Shown here piece by piece: positions 47,180 through 55,072 of a stretch of 64,000 nucleotides of DNA (position 1 is the stretch's first letter; each line of letters starts with the position of its first letter). Location: contig DATGKM010000013.1 in assembly GCA_035294665.1 (NCBI GenBank), positions 31,406 through 95,405 on the forward strand. The letters are read 5' to 3'. The DNA comes from Bryobacteraceae bacterium. Lineage in GTDB: Bacteria; Acidobacteriota; Terriglobia; Bryobacterales; Bryobacteraceae. The notes beneath the pieces were generated by a model. The model was not told where the DNA came from, did not search any database, and was given only the letters and a program-made list of their open reading frames with translations. The position numbers and the translations under genes were made by a program.

Positions 47180-48157
47180 TTACCCCAGCCCCGGCACGCC
47201 CGCCAGCGTTTTCGACAGCCGCACCGCCCTTAGGATCGCCTGCGTCACTGCCTCCGCCGCCGCGATGCCCAGACTGTTGATGTCGGCGCGCTGATCTCCT
47301 ATGGCGAGCGCGAACATGGTATCGCCATCGTTAGTTGTGTTGACGGGGTAAATCGCCCGCGCCAGGCCCAGGGAGCCGAACTGCGCCAGTTTCTTGGCCT
47401 CTACCTTACTCAGCCGCGCATTGGTCGCGACCACGCCGAGGGTGGTATTGGTTCCCCGCACCAGCGGACCTGGAAGCCGTTGTTTCAGCACTTCCTCCGC
47501 ATTGGCGAATTCCCGGCTCCCGGCGCTTTTGCGCGCGCCGGCGACAATCTTACCAGTCGCGGGGTCGCGCACATCGCCCAGCGCGTTCACCGCGACCAGC
47601 GCCGCAACCAGCAGCCCTCCCGGCAAACTCACCGTGTACGATCCGATGCCGCCCTTCATGGCCTGCCGCATACCCAGAGCTTTGCCGACAGTCGCCCCCG
47701 TGCCGGCGCCGACAGACCCTTCCGGCACCGCATCGGCGCTGGCCGTGTTCGCGGCGGCTTCGCCCATCGCCACTGTCGGCCGCACGTGCGCGCTGCCCAG
47801 GCCCAAATCGTAAATCACGGCGGCGGCGACGATAGGCACCTTCGCCGCCGGCGTAATTACTCCCACGCCCTTGGCTTCGAGATAGCGCCGCACGCCCGCG
47901 GCCGCTTCCAGTCCGAACGCGCTCCCACCGGTGAGCAGGATTCCATGCACCACCGGGTCCACATGCAGCGGGTCGAGCGTGGGCGTTTCCGAGGTGCCGC
48001 TGGCCGAGCCGCGAATATCCACCCCGCCCACCGCGCCCGTCTCGCACAGGATAGCCGTACACCCGGTGATCGCGTGGTAATCGGAAACGTGCCCCACCCG
48101 AATCCCGGCGATATCCGTAAGTCCTTTCATGGACAGCAGATAGTTGTATGGTAGCAT
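47180..48157 (-). CDS. P1/S58 family peptidase (DmpA-like aminopeptidase)
   Basis: GLTDIAGIRVGHVSD, TGCTAILCE and GGVDIRGSASGTSET motifs. Confidence 0.8.
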   Translation of the reverse strand: MLPYNYLLSMKGLTDIAGIRVGHVSDYHAITGCTAILCETGAVGGVDIRGSASGTSETPTLDPLHVDPVVHGILLTGGSAFGLEAAAGVRRYLEAKGVGVITPAAKVPIVAAAVIYDLGLGSAHVRPTVAMGEAAANTASADAVPEGSVGAGTGATVGKALGMRQAMKGGIGSYTVSLPGGLLVAALVAVNALGDVRDPATGKIVAGARKSAGSREFANAEEVLKQRLPGPLVRGTNTTLGVVATNARLSKVEAKKLAQFGSLGLARAIYPVNTTNDGDTMFALAIGDQRADINSLGIAAAEAVTQAILRAVRLSKTLAGVPGLG

Positions 48158-48938
48158 CGGAATTTCGGGGACCGATCGATTGCTCGACCTGTTGAAGAGG
48201 CCTGTCCAGGCGGTCCAGGATTTTTATCTGCTGGCAGGCCGCGCCCTTCGCAACATTTTCCGCGGACCTCACTATTGGGACGATATCGCCCTGCAGATGG
48301 ACTATATCGGCGTCGGGAGCCTGCCTATCGTCGTCCTCACCGGCCTGTTCAGCGGCGCCGTAATGGCACTGCAGATGTCCCGCGCGCTGGCGCAATACGG
48401 GCAGGTCGGTCAGACCGGAAAAATCGTCGCTATCTCGCTGGTGCGCGAACTCGGGCCGGACCTAACGGCGCTTATGGTCGCTGGCCGGAATTCCTCGGGA
48501 ATGGCGAGCGAACTGGGGTCGATGAAGGTCACCGAGCAGATCGACGCGATGCGCGCCCTGGGCACCGACCCAATTCGAAAGCTGGTTACGCCGAGGCTGA
48601 TCGCCACCGCGGTCATGCTGCCGTTGCTCACGATCATCGCCGATTTTGTCGGCATTTTCGCGGGCTGGGTGATTTCCGATGTGTTTCTCGGCCTCACCAC
48701 GCGGCAATACTGGATTTCCTCGTGGCAGGCGCTCGAATGGTCGGACGTAGCCCAGGGCCTGATCAAACCGTTGGCATTTGCCTTCGTGATCGCGCTGATC
48801 GGCTGCTTCTACGGCCTGCGTACCAGCGGCGGAACCCAGGGAGTCGGCCGGGCCACTACCCAAGCGATGGTCTCCGCCTCGGTTTTGATCTTTATTCTGA
48901 CTTACTTCATCACCCAGATCTTCGTCTATACCACTTAG
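48144..48938 (+). CDS. mlaE: MlaE-family ABC transporter permease
   Basis: QMDYIGVGSLPIVVLTGLFSGAVMALQ and EQIDAMRALG motifs. Start uncertain. Confidence 0.8.
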   Translation: MYGSIGISGTDRLLDLLKRPVQAVQDFYLLAGRALRNIFRGPHYWDDIALQMDYIGVGSLPIVVLTGLFSGAVMALQMSRALAQYGQVGQTGKIVAISLVRELGPDLTALMVAGRNSSGMASELGSMKVTEQIDAMRALGTDPIRKLVTPRLIATAVMLPLLTIIADFVGIFAGWVISDVFLGLTTRQYWISSWQALEWSDVAQGLIKPLAFAFVIALIGCFYGLRTSGGTQGVGRATTQAMVSASVLIFILTYFITQIFVYTT

Positions 48939-48951
48939 AGCCCAAAGCGCG

Positions 48952-49788
48952 ATGCCTGAAGCCCCCGAACCAGTGCTGCGGTTTGACGACGTGAGCGTGT
49001 CGTTCGACGGCGTCCCGGCGCTCTCTCATGTCTCTTTCCAGGCGTTTGAGGGAGAGTCGCGTATCATTCTGGGCGCCGCCGGCAGCGGCAAAACCGTGCT
49101 GCTCAAAACCGCGCTCGGATTGATCCGGCCGGATTCCGGGCGGGTCTACGTGTTCGGCAACGACATAACCGGCATGCGCGAGCGCGAACTGACCGAAATC
49201 CGCAGCAAAATCGGAATGCTTTTCCAGGAAGGCGCGCTTTTCGATTCTCTTACGATCGAAGAGAACGTGGCCTACCCGCTGCAGAACCAGAAAGCCATCC
49301 GCTGCCCGGCTTCGGAGGTCCGTTCGCGCGTCGAAGAAGCTTTGAACTTTGTCGAACTGGGCGGCACGCTGGAAAAATTCCCCGCCGAACTTTCCGGCGG
49401 CATGCGGCGGCGGGCCGCCATTGCACGCGCCGTGGTTACCAATCCGCCGCTGTTGCTCTATGATTCACCCACCGCCGGCCTCGACCCGATCACGGCAAAC
49501 ACCATCATGGCGCTGCTCATTAAAGAGCGCGACGTGGCCCACACTACTACTCTGGTTGTGACCTATCGCTATCAGGATGGCAACCTGATGGCAAACTTCC
49601 GTTACAATTCAAGTAGCGGGAGCCTGGAGCCGGCACGCAACGGGGACCGGCCGCAATTTCGGACCACATTCATGGTGCTTCAGGAGGGGCGGGTGGTTTT
49701 TGAGGGAAACCAGGGCAGCCTGGAAACGTCCCAGGACCCGTACGTTTTGAAGTTCGTCAAGCCGCGGGAGCGCAATGGCGGATCGTAG
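48952..49788 (+). CDS. mlaF: MlaF-like ABC transporter ATP-binding protein
   Basis: GAAGSGKTVLLK and LSGGMRRRAAIARA motifs. Confidence 0.8.
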   Translation: MPEAPEPVLRFDDVSVSFDGVPALSHVSFQAFEGESRIILGAAGSGKTVLLKTALGLIRPDSGRVYVFGNDITGMRERELTEIRSKIGMLFQEGALFDSLTIEENVAYPLQNQKAIRCPASEVRSRVEEALNFVELGGTLEKFPAELSGGMRRRAAIARAVVTNPPLLLYDSPTAGLDPITANTIMALLIKERDVAHTTTLVVTYRYQDGNLMANFRYNSSSGSLEPARNGDRPQFRTTFMVLQEGRVVFEGNQGSLETSQDPYVLKFVKPRERNGGS

Positions 49789-50848
49789 CAAAGTATCCTG
49801 GGCGCAGTTGAAAGTCGGGCTGGTTGCGCTGGCGGCGATGTTCATCGCCGCGGCGCTCATCTTCCTCCTCACCAGCCGGCAAGGCCTGTTCACCTCCTAC
49901 TCCGAATTGCGTACTTTCATGAGCGACGCCTCCGGCCTGCAGGATGGCACGCCGGTGCGTCTCAACGGCATCACCATCGGCTTTCTCGACCGGGTGCAAC
50001 TCACCAATTCCGCCAATCGGCGGCAGGCCGTCGAACTGTTCATGCGCGTGAAGGCCAATTATCTGCGCGACATTCCCGTGAATTCCATCGTGCAGGTTAC
50101 CGCCTCCAACCTGCTGGGCGATAAGTTCCTGAACATCACCAAGGGCAGTTCGCCGGAGCACGTGGCGGCCAACGCTACCCTACCCAGCTTAGAGACGCAG
50201 GACATTCCGGAATTGATGGCGGGCATGTCCAACCTGTTGGGATCGTTTCAAACCATAGTGAATCGCGTCGATACCCTGATGGCCGGTGTGGAACAGGGCA
50301 AAGGCACGATCGGCAAGTTTCTAAACGACCCGGAACTCTACAACCGCACCGTCGGAATCGCCACCGAAGCGCAACAACTGCTCACCGATGCCCGCAAAGG
50401 CGGCGGCACACTGAGCAAGTTGATCTACGATCCCGCGCTCTACAAGGACCTGGACGAGTCGATAAAGCGAATCAACGCCCTTCTGGCGGACCTCCAGGCC
50501 GGCAAAGGCACCGCCGGCAAGCTGATTCATGATCCCGCCCTCTACGATCAGGCCACCGATATCGGCAACCAGATAAAGGGGCTGCTGGCGGATTTGCAGG
50601 CCGGCAAAGGCACAGCCGGCATGCTGCTGAAAAGCGATCAGGTCGGCCAGCGGCTCGATACCCTGATCGGCAGGCTCGATGCCTTGGTCAACAAGATCAA
50701 CTCGGGCCAGGGCACGGCCGGCCAGTTCATCGAGAACCCGCAGCTCTACCAGGCCATGACCGGCGCTACCCGCGAGTTTCAGGGGCTAGCCAAAGACATT
50801 CGCACCAATCCGAAGAAATTTCTTCGTTTGAAGCTGGCGCTGTTTTGA
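49775..50848 (+). CDS. mlaD: MlaD/MCE-domain protein with C-terminal repeats
   Basis: N-terminal TM plus MCE domain. Five copies of G(K/G/Q)GT.GK(L/F)(I/L).DP.LY spaced about 32 aa apart. Confidence 0.75.
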   Translation: MADRSKVSWAQLKVGLVALAAMFIAAALIFLLTSRQGLFTSYSELRTFMSDASGLQDGTPVRLNGITIGFLDRVQLTNSANRRQAVELFMRVKANYLRDIPVNSIVQVTASNLLGDKFLNITKGSSPEHVAANATLPSLETQDIPELMAGMSNLLGSFQTIVNRVDTLMAGVEQGKGTIGKFLNDPELYNRTVGIATEAQQLLTDARKGGGTLSKLIYDPALYKDLDESIKRINALLADLQAGKGTAGKLIHDPALYDQATDIGNQIKGLLADLQAGKGTAGMLLKSDQVGQRLDTLIGRLDALVNKINSGQGTAGQFIENPQLYQAMTGATREFQGLAKDIRTNPKKFLRLKLALF

Positions 50849-51666
50849 GTTCCCGCAAATTACTGGTGGTGAATGCCGACGATTTCGGCTTCACCCCCGA
50901 TGTGAACGAAGGAATCGTTCAAGCCCACCGCGAAGGCATTCTAACGTCGGCCACGCTGATGGCGAATGGCGAGGCATTTGAGGACGCGATCGCCCTGGCG
51001 CGCGCCACGCCCACGTTGGACGTCGGCTGCCATCTCGTGCTCGTTGGGGGCCGGTCCCTGGTATCGGGGGAACCGCTGCCACGGACACCCGCCGCGTTGC
51101 TGGCCGCGATTGCGCGCCGCCAGGTCTCGCCCTATCGCGAACTGCGCGCCCAAGTCGAACGAATTCTCGCCGCCGGCATTGCGCCAACCCACCTCGATAC
51201 TCACAAGCACACGCATCTTGCTCCGCCCGTGCTCGATGCGGTGGCGCGCCTGGGAGAGGAGTTCGCCATCTGTTGGGTGCGGCGGCCCTTCGATTTCCCC
51301 ATGACAGCCGGCCATTCCGCCGTGCCGCTCTTCAAGCGGCTCACCAGCCGGTTGCTGGGACTCGCGCGCCATCGTTTCCACCGCGTGCTCGCGGAGCACC
51401 ACTGCCGCACCACAGACCATTTCGCGGGATTCCGCATCACCGGCCGGCTGCGCACTCCGGAGCTGGTGGCGCTGCTCGAAGCGCTTCCCGAAGGCAGCAC
51501 GGAACTGATGTGCCATCCCGGCCGCTGCGGCAAAGCCTTGCGCCGCGCCACTACACGCCTCAAAGAGAGCCGGGAAGCGGAACTGGACGCCCTGGTTGCG
51601 CCGGAGGTGCGCGGGACCATAGCGCGTGAAGGAATCGAACTGGTGAGTTACCGGAAACTCGTCTGA
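50845..51666 (+). CDS. ChbG/HpnK-family (YdjC-like) carbohydrate deacetylase
   Basis: LVVNADDFGFTPDVNEGI...TSATLMANG and THLDTHKHTH motifs. Confidence 0.75.
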   Translation: MSSRKLLVVNADDFGFTPDVNEGIVQAHREGILTSATLMANGEAFEDAIALARATPTLDVGCHLVLVGGRSLVSGEPLPRTPAALLAAIARRQVSPYRELRAQVERILAAGIAPTHLDTHKHTHLAPPVLDAVARLGEEFAICWVRRPFDFPMTAGHSAVPLFKRLTSRLLGLARHRFHRVLAEHHCRTTDHFAGFRITGRLRTPELVALLEALPEGSTELMCHPGRCGKALRRATTRLKESREAELDALVAPEVRGTIAREGIELVSYRKLV

Positions 51667-51813
51667 GCCGCGGACTACGATCCGATGGGGATGCCACCGT
51701 CCGCGCGACGTCAAAGGGATCGCTGGTTCAAAGTGATCGCTGGTTCCCCCAGCTTTCCCGAATTTGTGGCTACACTTCTGGTAAGAGCGGCGGCCGGCCG
51801 CTGGCGGTTCTAC

Positions 51814-52563
51814 TCACAAAGCGTGGACGGTCTGCTCGAGTCTGTGCGCGAGCGTGCCCGGATCGCCGCCATCGAGCCATACGGGTTGGCCAAATCTCAC
51901 TTGAGTTGCGCCAAACCTGGGGACCACCTTCCCGCGCGGCATGACTTGGTCCACACCTTCCAAATGGACCGGGACCACCGGCACTTTCAGCCGGCTGGCC
52001 AGCCATCCCACGCCCGCGCGGAATTCGCCCATCTGGTGGCTGGGTCTGCGTTCGCCTTCCGGGTAGATTAGGATCGACCATCCGTCGCTCACCAGATCTC
52101 CGGCATCTCCGGCGTACCGCAGCACATCGGGCACGCCGGCTTCTTGCTGCGGCACGGGAAAGGCATTGAAGAAGAGCGAGGTCAGATAATATTGGGCCGA
52201 AATGCTCAATCGCGTCCGCGGCGGAAACCGGTGCGGCTGGAAATGCGCGGCGAAGTACTCCTTATACATCGCGGGCGCGATCCGGTAACGCCAGCGCGCG
52301 GGCAACGCGGCGAGGATCAGCGGCGTATCCAGATGGCTCTGGTGATTGGCGGCAAAGATCGCCGGCCGCGCGAGCGAGTTCAGCCTCTCCACCCCGGAAA
52401 CCTCCGGTTTTGCCAAACGCCGAGTCAGCGGGAGGATCCACGCGGCCAGATTGGCATTCCGAAAGGCCCGCGCATACCAATGCCGGTTCCAAACGGGAAA
52501 ATCGCCTGGTGTGGGCGCCGGCGCGCGTTGGCCCCGCTTCGCCGCGCAGCACGCGTTCGACAA
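51814..52563 (-). CDS. lysophospholipid (1-acyl-sn-glycerol-3-phosphate-type) acyltransferase
   Basis: NHQSHLD (HxxxxD) and IYPEGERR motifs. TTG start at 52563 lies inside the 3' end of the upstream ORF. Confidence 0.75.
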   Translation of the reverse strand: MSNACCAAKRGQRAPAPTPGDFPVWNRHWYARAFRNANLAAWILPLTRRLAKPEVSGVERLNSLARPAIFAANHQSHLDTPLILAALPARWRYRIAPAMYKEYFAAHFQPHRFPPRTRLSISAQYYLTSLFFNAFPVPQQEAGVPDVLRYAGDAGDLVSDGWSILIYPEGERRPSHQMGEFRAGVGWLASRLKVPVVPVHLEGVDQVMPRGKVVPRFGATQVRFGQPVWLDGGDPGTLAHRLEQTVHAL

Positions 52564-54404
52564 GAGCCTGCCAGTCCCCCCACAGTTTCGGCCGCGGACG
52601 CCTCTCGTTCGCCGATTTCCCGATGGCAGCGCCGTTCGATTTCAAGCACCAGTTCTACCTTGTCGATCGAACCCAGCCCCAGTTCGTCAAGCCGCGTTTC
52701 CGCGGTAACGGCGCGCCCGCTTCTGCGCGCGAGCTCAGCCGTTACCATCTCCGGCCGGCACTCCATCGTTTCCGCGAAAGCCGCCTCGCGCCCTCGGCCG
52801 GGCTGCGCTGTAACCCGCTCGAGAATCTCGCTGCGGCGCAGCTTGCCGGTTTCGGGCGTCCGCGGCAACGAGCCTTCCGGCCAGAGGAAGGCGCCGCGGA
52901 TGCGCTGATGGGCTTCCAGCTTGCGGTTCGCATCGGCCGCGATTCGTGCGCTATCCGCGCCGGGGTTCAGCACCAGAACGGCGTGTACTTCTTCCGCGAC
53001 GCCATCGCCGGAGGGCCGCACCCCGATCACCGCCGATTCACGCACGCCGGGCAACGCATCCAGCACACGTTCCACGTCTTCGGGGAACACGTTCAAACCT
53101 TCGGCGGTGACGATCATTTCTTTCTTGCGTCCGCGGAGAAAGAGATATCCCTCGCGATCGAGAAATCCCAGGTCGCCGGTGTGAAACCAGCCATTGCGAA
53201 TCCCCGCGGCAGTCTTCTCCGGCTCGCCATAATAGCCGGGAGTGACATTGGGGCCGCGAACCAGAACCTCGTCATCCCCGGCGATGCGCACCTCCACGCC
53301 TGGCAACGGCCGGCCCACGGAACGCTTGCGCGGTTGGCGCGGATCGTTCAGGGTAATGACCGGGGATGTTTCCGTCATGCCGTATCCCTGCACAAGCAGG
53401 AAGCCCAGCCCGTCCCAGAAATCTTCCAACGGCGCTGCGAGCGGCGCGCCGCCGGGTAGAAATCCCACGAAGCGCCAGCCGAACATGCTATGAATGCGGC
53501 GATAATTCCAGAGCTTCGCCGCGAGCGAAGAGGGGCCCCGCCCGGCTTCGCCCGCTTCGGGCAGCGATGCCACCACGTAATGCCGCATCGCATCCAGAAC
53601 TCGCGGCACGCACGCCGCCAGCGTGATGTGCCTTTCGCGGATCAGCCTCACGAGCGCCGCCGGACTTTGTCGGCTTGTAATTACTGCCGAAGCAGAGAGC
53701 AGCGGCGCCAGGCCCAGTGTGATTACCTGGCCGAACATGTGACTGAGCGGCAGCAGTTGCAGCAGTCGCGTGCGGAAGAGCGGGGAAATGCGCTTGCGGT
53801 AAAACTCCAGGTCCCGCTCCACCGATTCCACTTGCGAAAGCAAATTGCCGTGCGTGATCTGGACTCCTTTAGGATCGCCGGTCGATCCGGAGGTGAAGAC
53901 GATTTCCGCCAGGTCGCCGGCTCGTGCCGGAAGATGCGGCAGCGCCGCCGGTGCTTGCCGCCAATTCTGCTTGGCCAGGCGCCATACCGGAGGCCCTGCG
54001 GGCTGCGCCAATCTCGCCGCGCGCGGCAGAACGTCCTCGCCCACCGCGATCGCCGCCGGCGCCACGATGGCGCGCACTTTCGCTGTGAAATCGGCCGATA
54101 ACTCCGGGCCGATCGGAACCACGACGGCGCCCGCCAGCAGCGTTCCCCAGAACGCAAAAATCCATTCGGGACGGCTTTCCGACCAAACCAGAACGCGGTC
54201 GCCGGAGTTTACATTCAGCTCTTGGAGACGACGAGCGAAACTCGCGGCGCCCTGCTGAATTTCACGGTGGGTGTAGCTCCACCTCCGGTAACCGTCATCG
54301 TAGATCAGGCATTTCCGGTCGTTCGTGAAGTAGTCCCGGAAGAATTCCAGCAGGTTCTCCCGGTCCATGATGGCAAGCCTTTCCTCGCTACAGATCGCGC
54401 CCAT
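52425..54404 (-). CDS. acyl-AMP ligase (AMP-binding) with C-terminal carrier (PP-binding) domain
   Basis: TSGSTGDPKG adenylation motif. LDELGLGSIDKVELVLEIE carrier-domain serine motif. The last ~45 codons have low-complexity Arg/Gly composition and overlap the acyltransferase ORF. Confidence 0.75.
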   Translation of the reverse strand: MGAICSEERLAIMDRENLLEFFRDYFTNDRKCLIYDDGYRRWSYTHREIQQGAASFARRLQELNVNSGDRVLVWSESRPEWIFAFWGTLLAGAVVVPIGPELSADFTAKVRAIVAPAAIAVGEDVLPRAARLAQPAGPPVWRLAKQNWRQAPAALPHLPARAGDLAEIVFTSGSTGDPKGVQITHGNLLSQVESVERDLEFYRKRISPLFRTRLLQLLPLSHMFGQVITLGLAPLLSASAVITSRQSPAALVRLIRERHITLAACVPRVLDAMRHYVVASLPEAGEAGRGPSSLAAKLWNYRRIHSMFGWRFVGFLPGGAPLAAPLEDFWDGLGFLLVQGYGMTETSPVITLNDPRQPRKRSVGRPLPGVEVRIAGDDEVLVRGPNVTPGYYGEPEKTAAGIRNGWFHTGDLGFLDREGYLFLRGRKKEMIVTAEGLNVFPEDVERVLDALPGVRESAVIGVRPSGDGVAEEVHAVLVLNPGADSARIAADANRKLEAHQRIRGAFLWPEGSLPRTPETGKLRRSEILERVTAQPGRGREAAFAETMECRPEMVTAELARRSGRAVTAETRLDELGLGSIDKVELVLEIERRCHREIGEREASAAETVGGLAGSCRTRAARRSGANARRRPHQAIFPFGTGIGMRGPFGMPIWPRGSSR

Positions 54405-54726
54405 GCACGTGCGAAGGCGGCGAGGTGGCTTCGACCGCGGTAAACTCGTCCAGAATGCGGTAGCGGTGCTCGGCGCCTTTCGGCACCACCCAGGAATCGC
54501 CAGGTTCGAGTTTCACCGTCTGGCCTTCGATCTCCAATTCGGCATGCCCGCTTAGCACGTAACCCGCGGTTTCATAGTCGCGCCGCGAGGTGTGATGGTT
54601 CTGTCCCTGGGACGGTTCGTGCCACAGGCGCAAACCGACGGACTTGTCAGATGCCATATAAGTTTGGCCCTGTTCGCCTTTTGGCGAAAATGTCGAGTTA
54701 GCCTTCGTGACCGTGTTGTCCGGCAT
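54388..54726 (-). CDS. cupin-domain protein
   Basis: GYVLSGHAELEIEG...GDSWVVPKGAEHRY cupin motifs. 17-nt overlap with the ligase start. Confidence 0.65.
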   Translation of the reverse strand: MPDNTVTKANSTFSPKGEQGQTYMASDKSVGLRLWHEPSQGQNHHTSRRDYETAGYVLSGHAELEIEGQTVKLEPGDSWVVPKGAEHRYRILDEFTAVEATSPPSHVHGRDL

Positions 54727-54768
54727 AGTGAACGCCGTTCAACCTTGTGCACGCCGCGTGCCGCGGCC

Positions 54769-54939
54769 TCACCGCCGTTCGATCTCCTCGATCTGCGCCC
54801 GGTCACTGGTGGCCTGGTCGAACTCTTCCCGCGAAAGCGGGAAACGGCCGCAATCCGGGCACATCACCTCAACTTCGTTCTTTCCCGGATTGAAAAACGA
54901 CCACTCGGCCTCCGCGCCGCAGCGTGGGCAAATCGCCAT
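54769..54939 (-). CDS. small zinc-ribbon protein
   Basis: MAICPRCG...VMCPDCG (two CxxC pairs). I discarded the longer track ORF because it runs through the upstream terminator. Confidence 0.4.
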   Translation of the reverse strand: MAICPRCGAEAEWSFFNPGKNEVEVMCPDCGRFPLSREEFDQATSDRAQIEEIERR

Positions 54940-54966
54940 ATGCTCATTTCGTTCTTTCCCGTTCAT

Positions 54967-54993
54967 AAAAAACGGCCGCCCATCAGCAGCCGT
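54967..54993 (-). terminator. rho-independent terminator downstream of the PQQ dehydrogenase gene
   Basis: Minus-strand RNA ACGGCUGC-UGAUGG-GCGGCCGU followed by U6. Confidence 0.6.
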
Positions 54994-55023
54994 GAAACCC
55001 ACAGCAATTCGCGCGCCGCAACA

Positions 55024-55072
55024 CCCCAACTCCTAACTTCTAACTTCTAACTCCTGACTTCTAACTCCTCAA
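55024..55072. repeat. 7-bp periodic microsatellite, 7 units (ccccaac tcctaac ttctaac ttctaac tcctgac ttctaac tcctcaa)
   Basis: Read directly. Abuts the PQQ dehydrogenase stop codon (cta 55073-55075). Same unit family as 44463-44511. Confidence 0.85.

Noticed and set aside
54940-55029. N-terminal extension of the zinc-ribbon ORF (86-aa track version)
   Set aside because: The extension would be translated through the heptad repeat and the terminator hairpin/U-tract of the upstream gene. The shorter start at MAICPRCG is more plausible.
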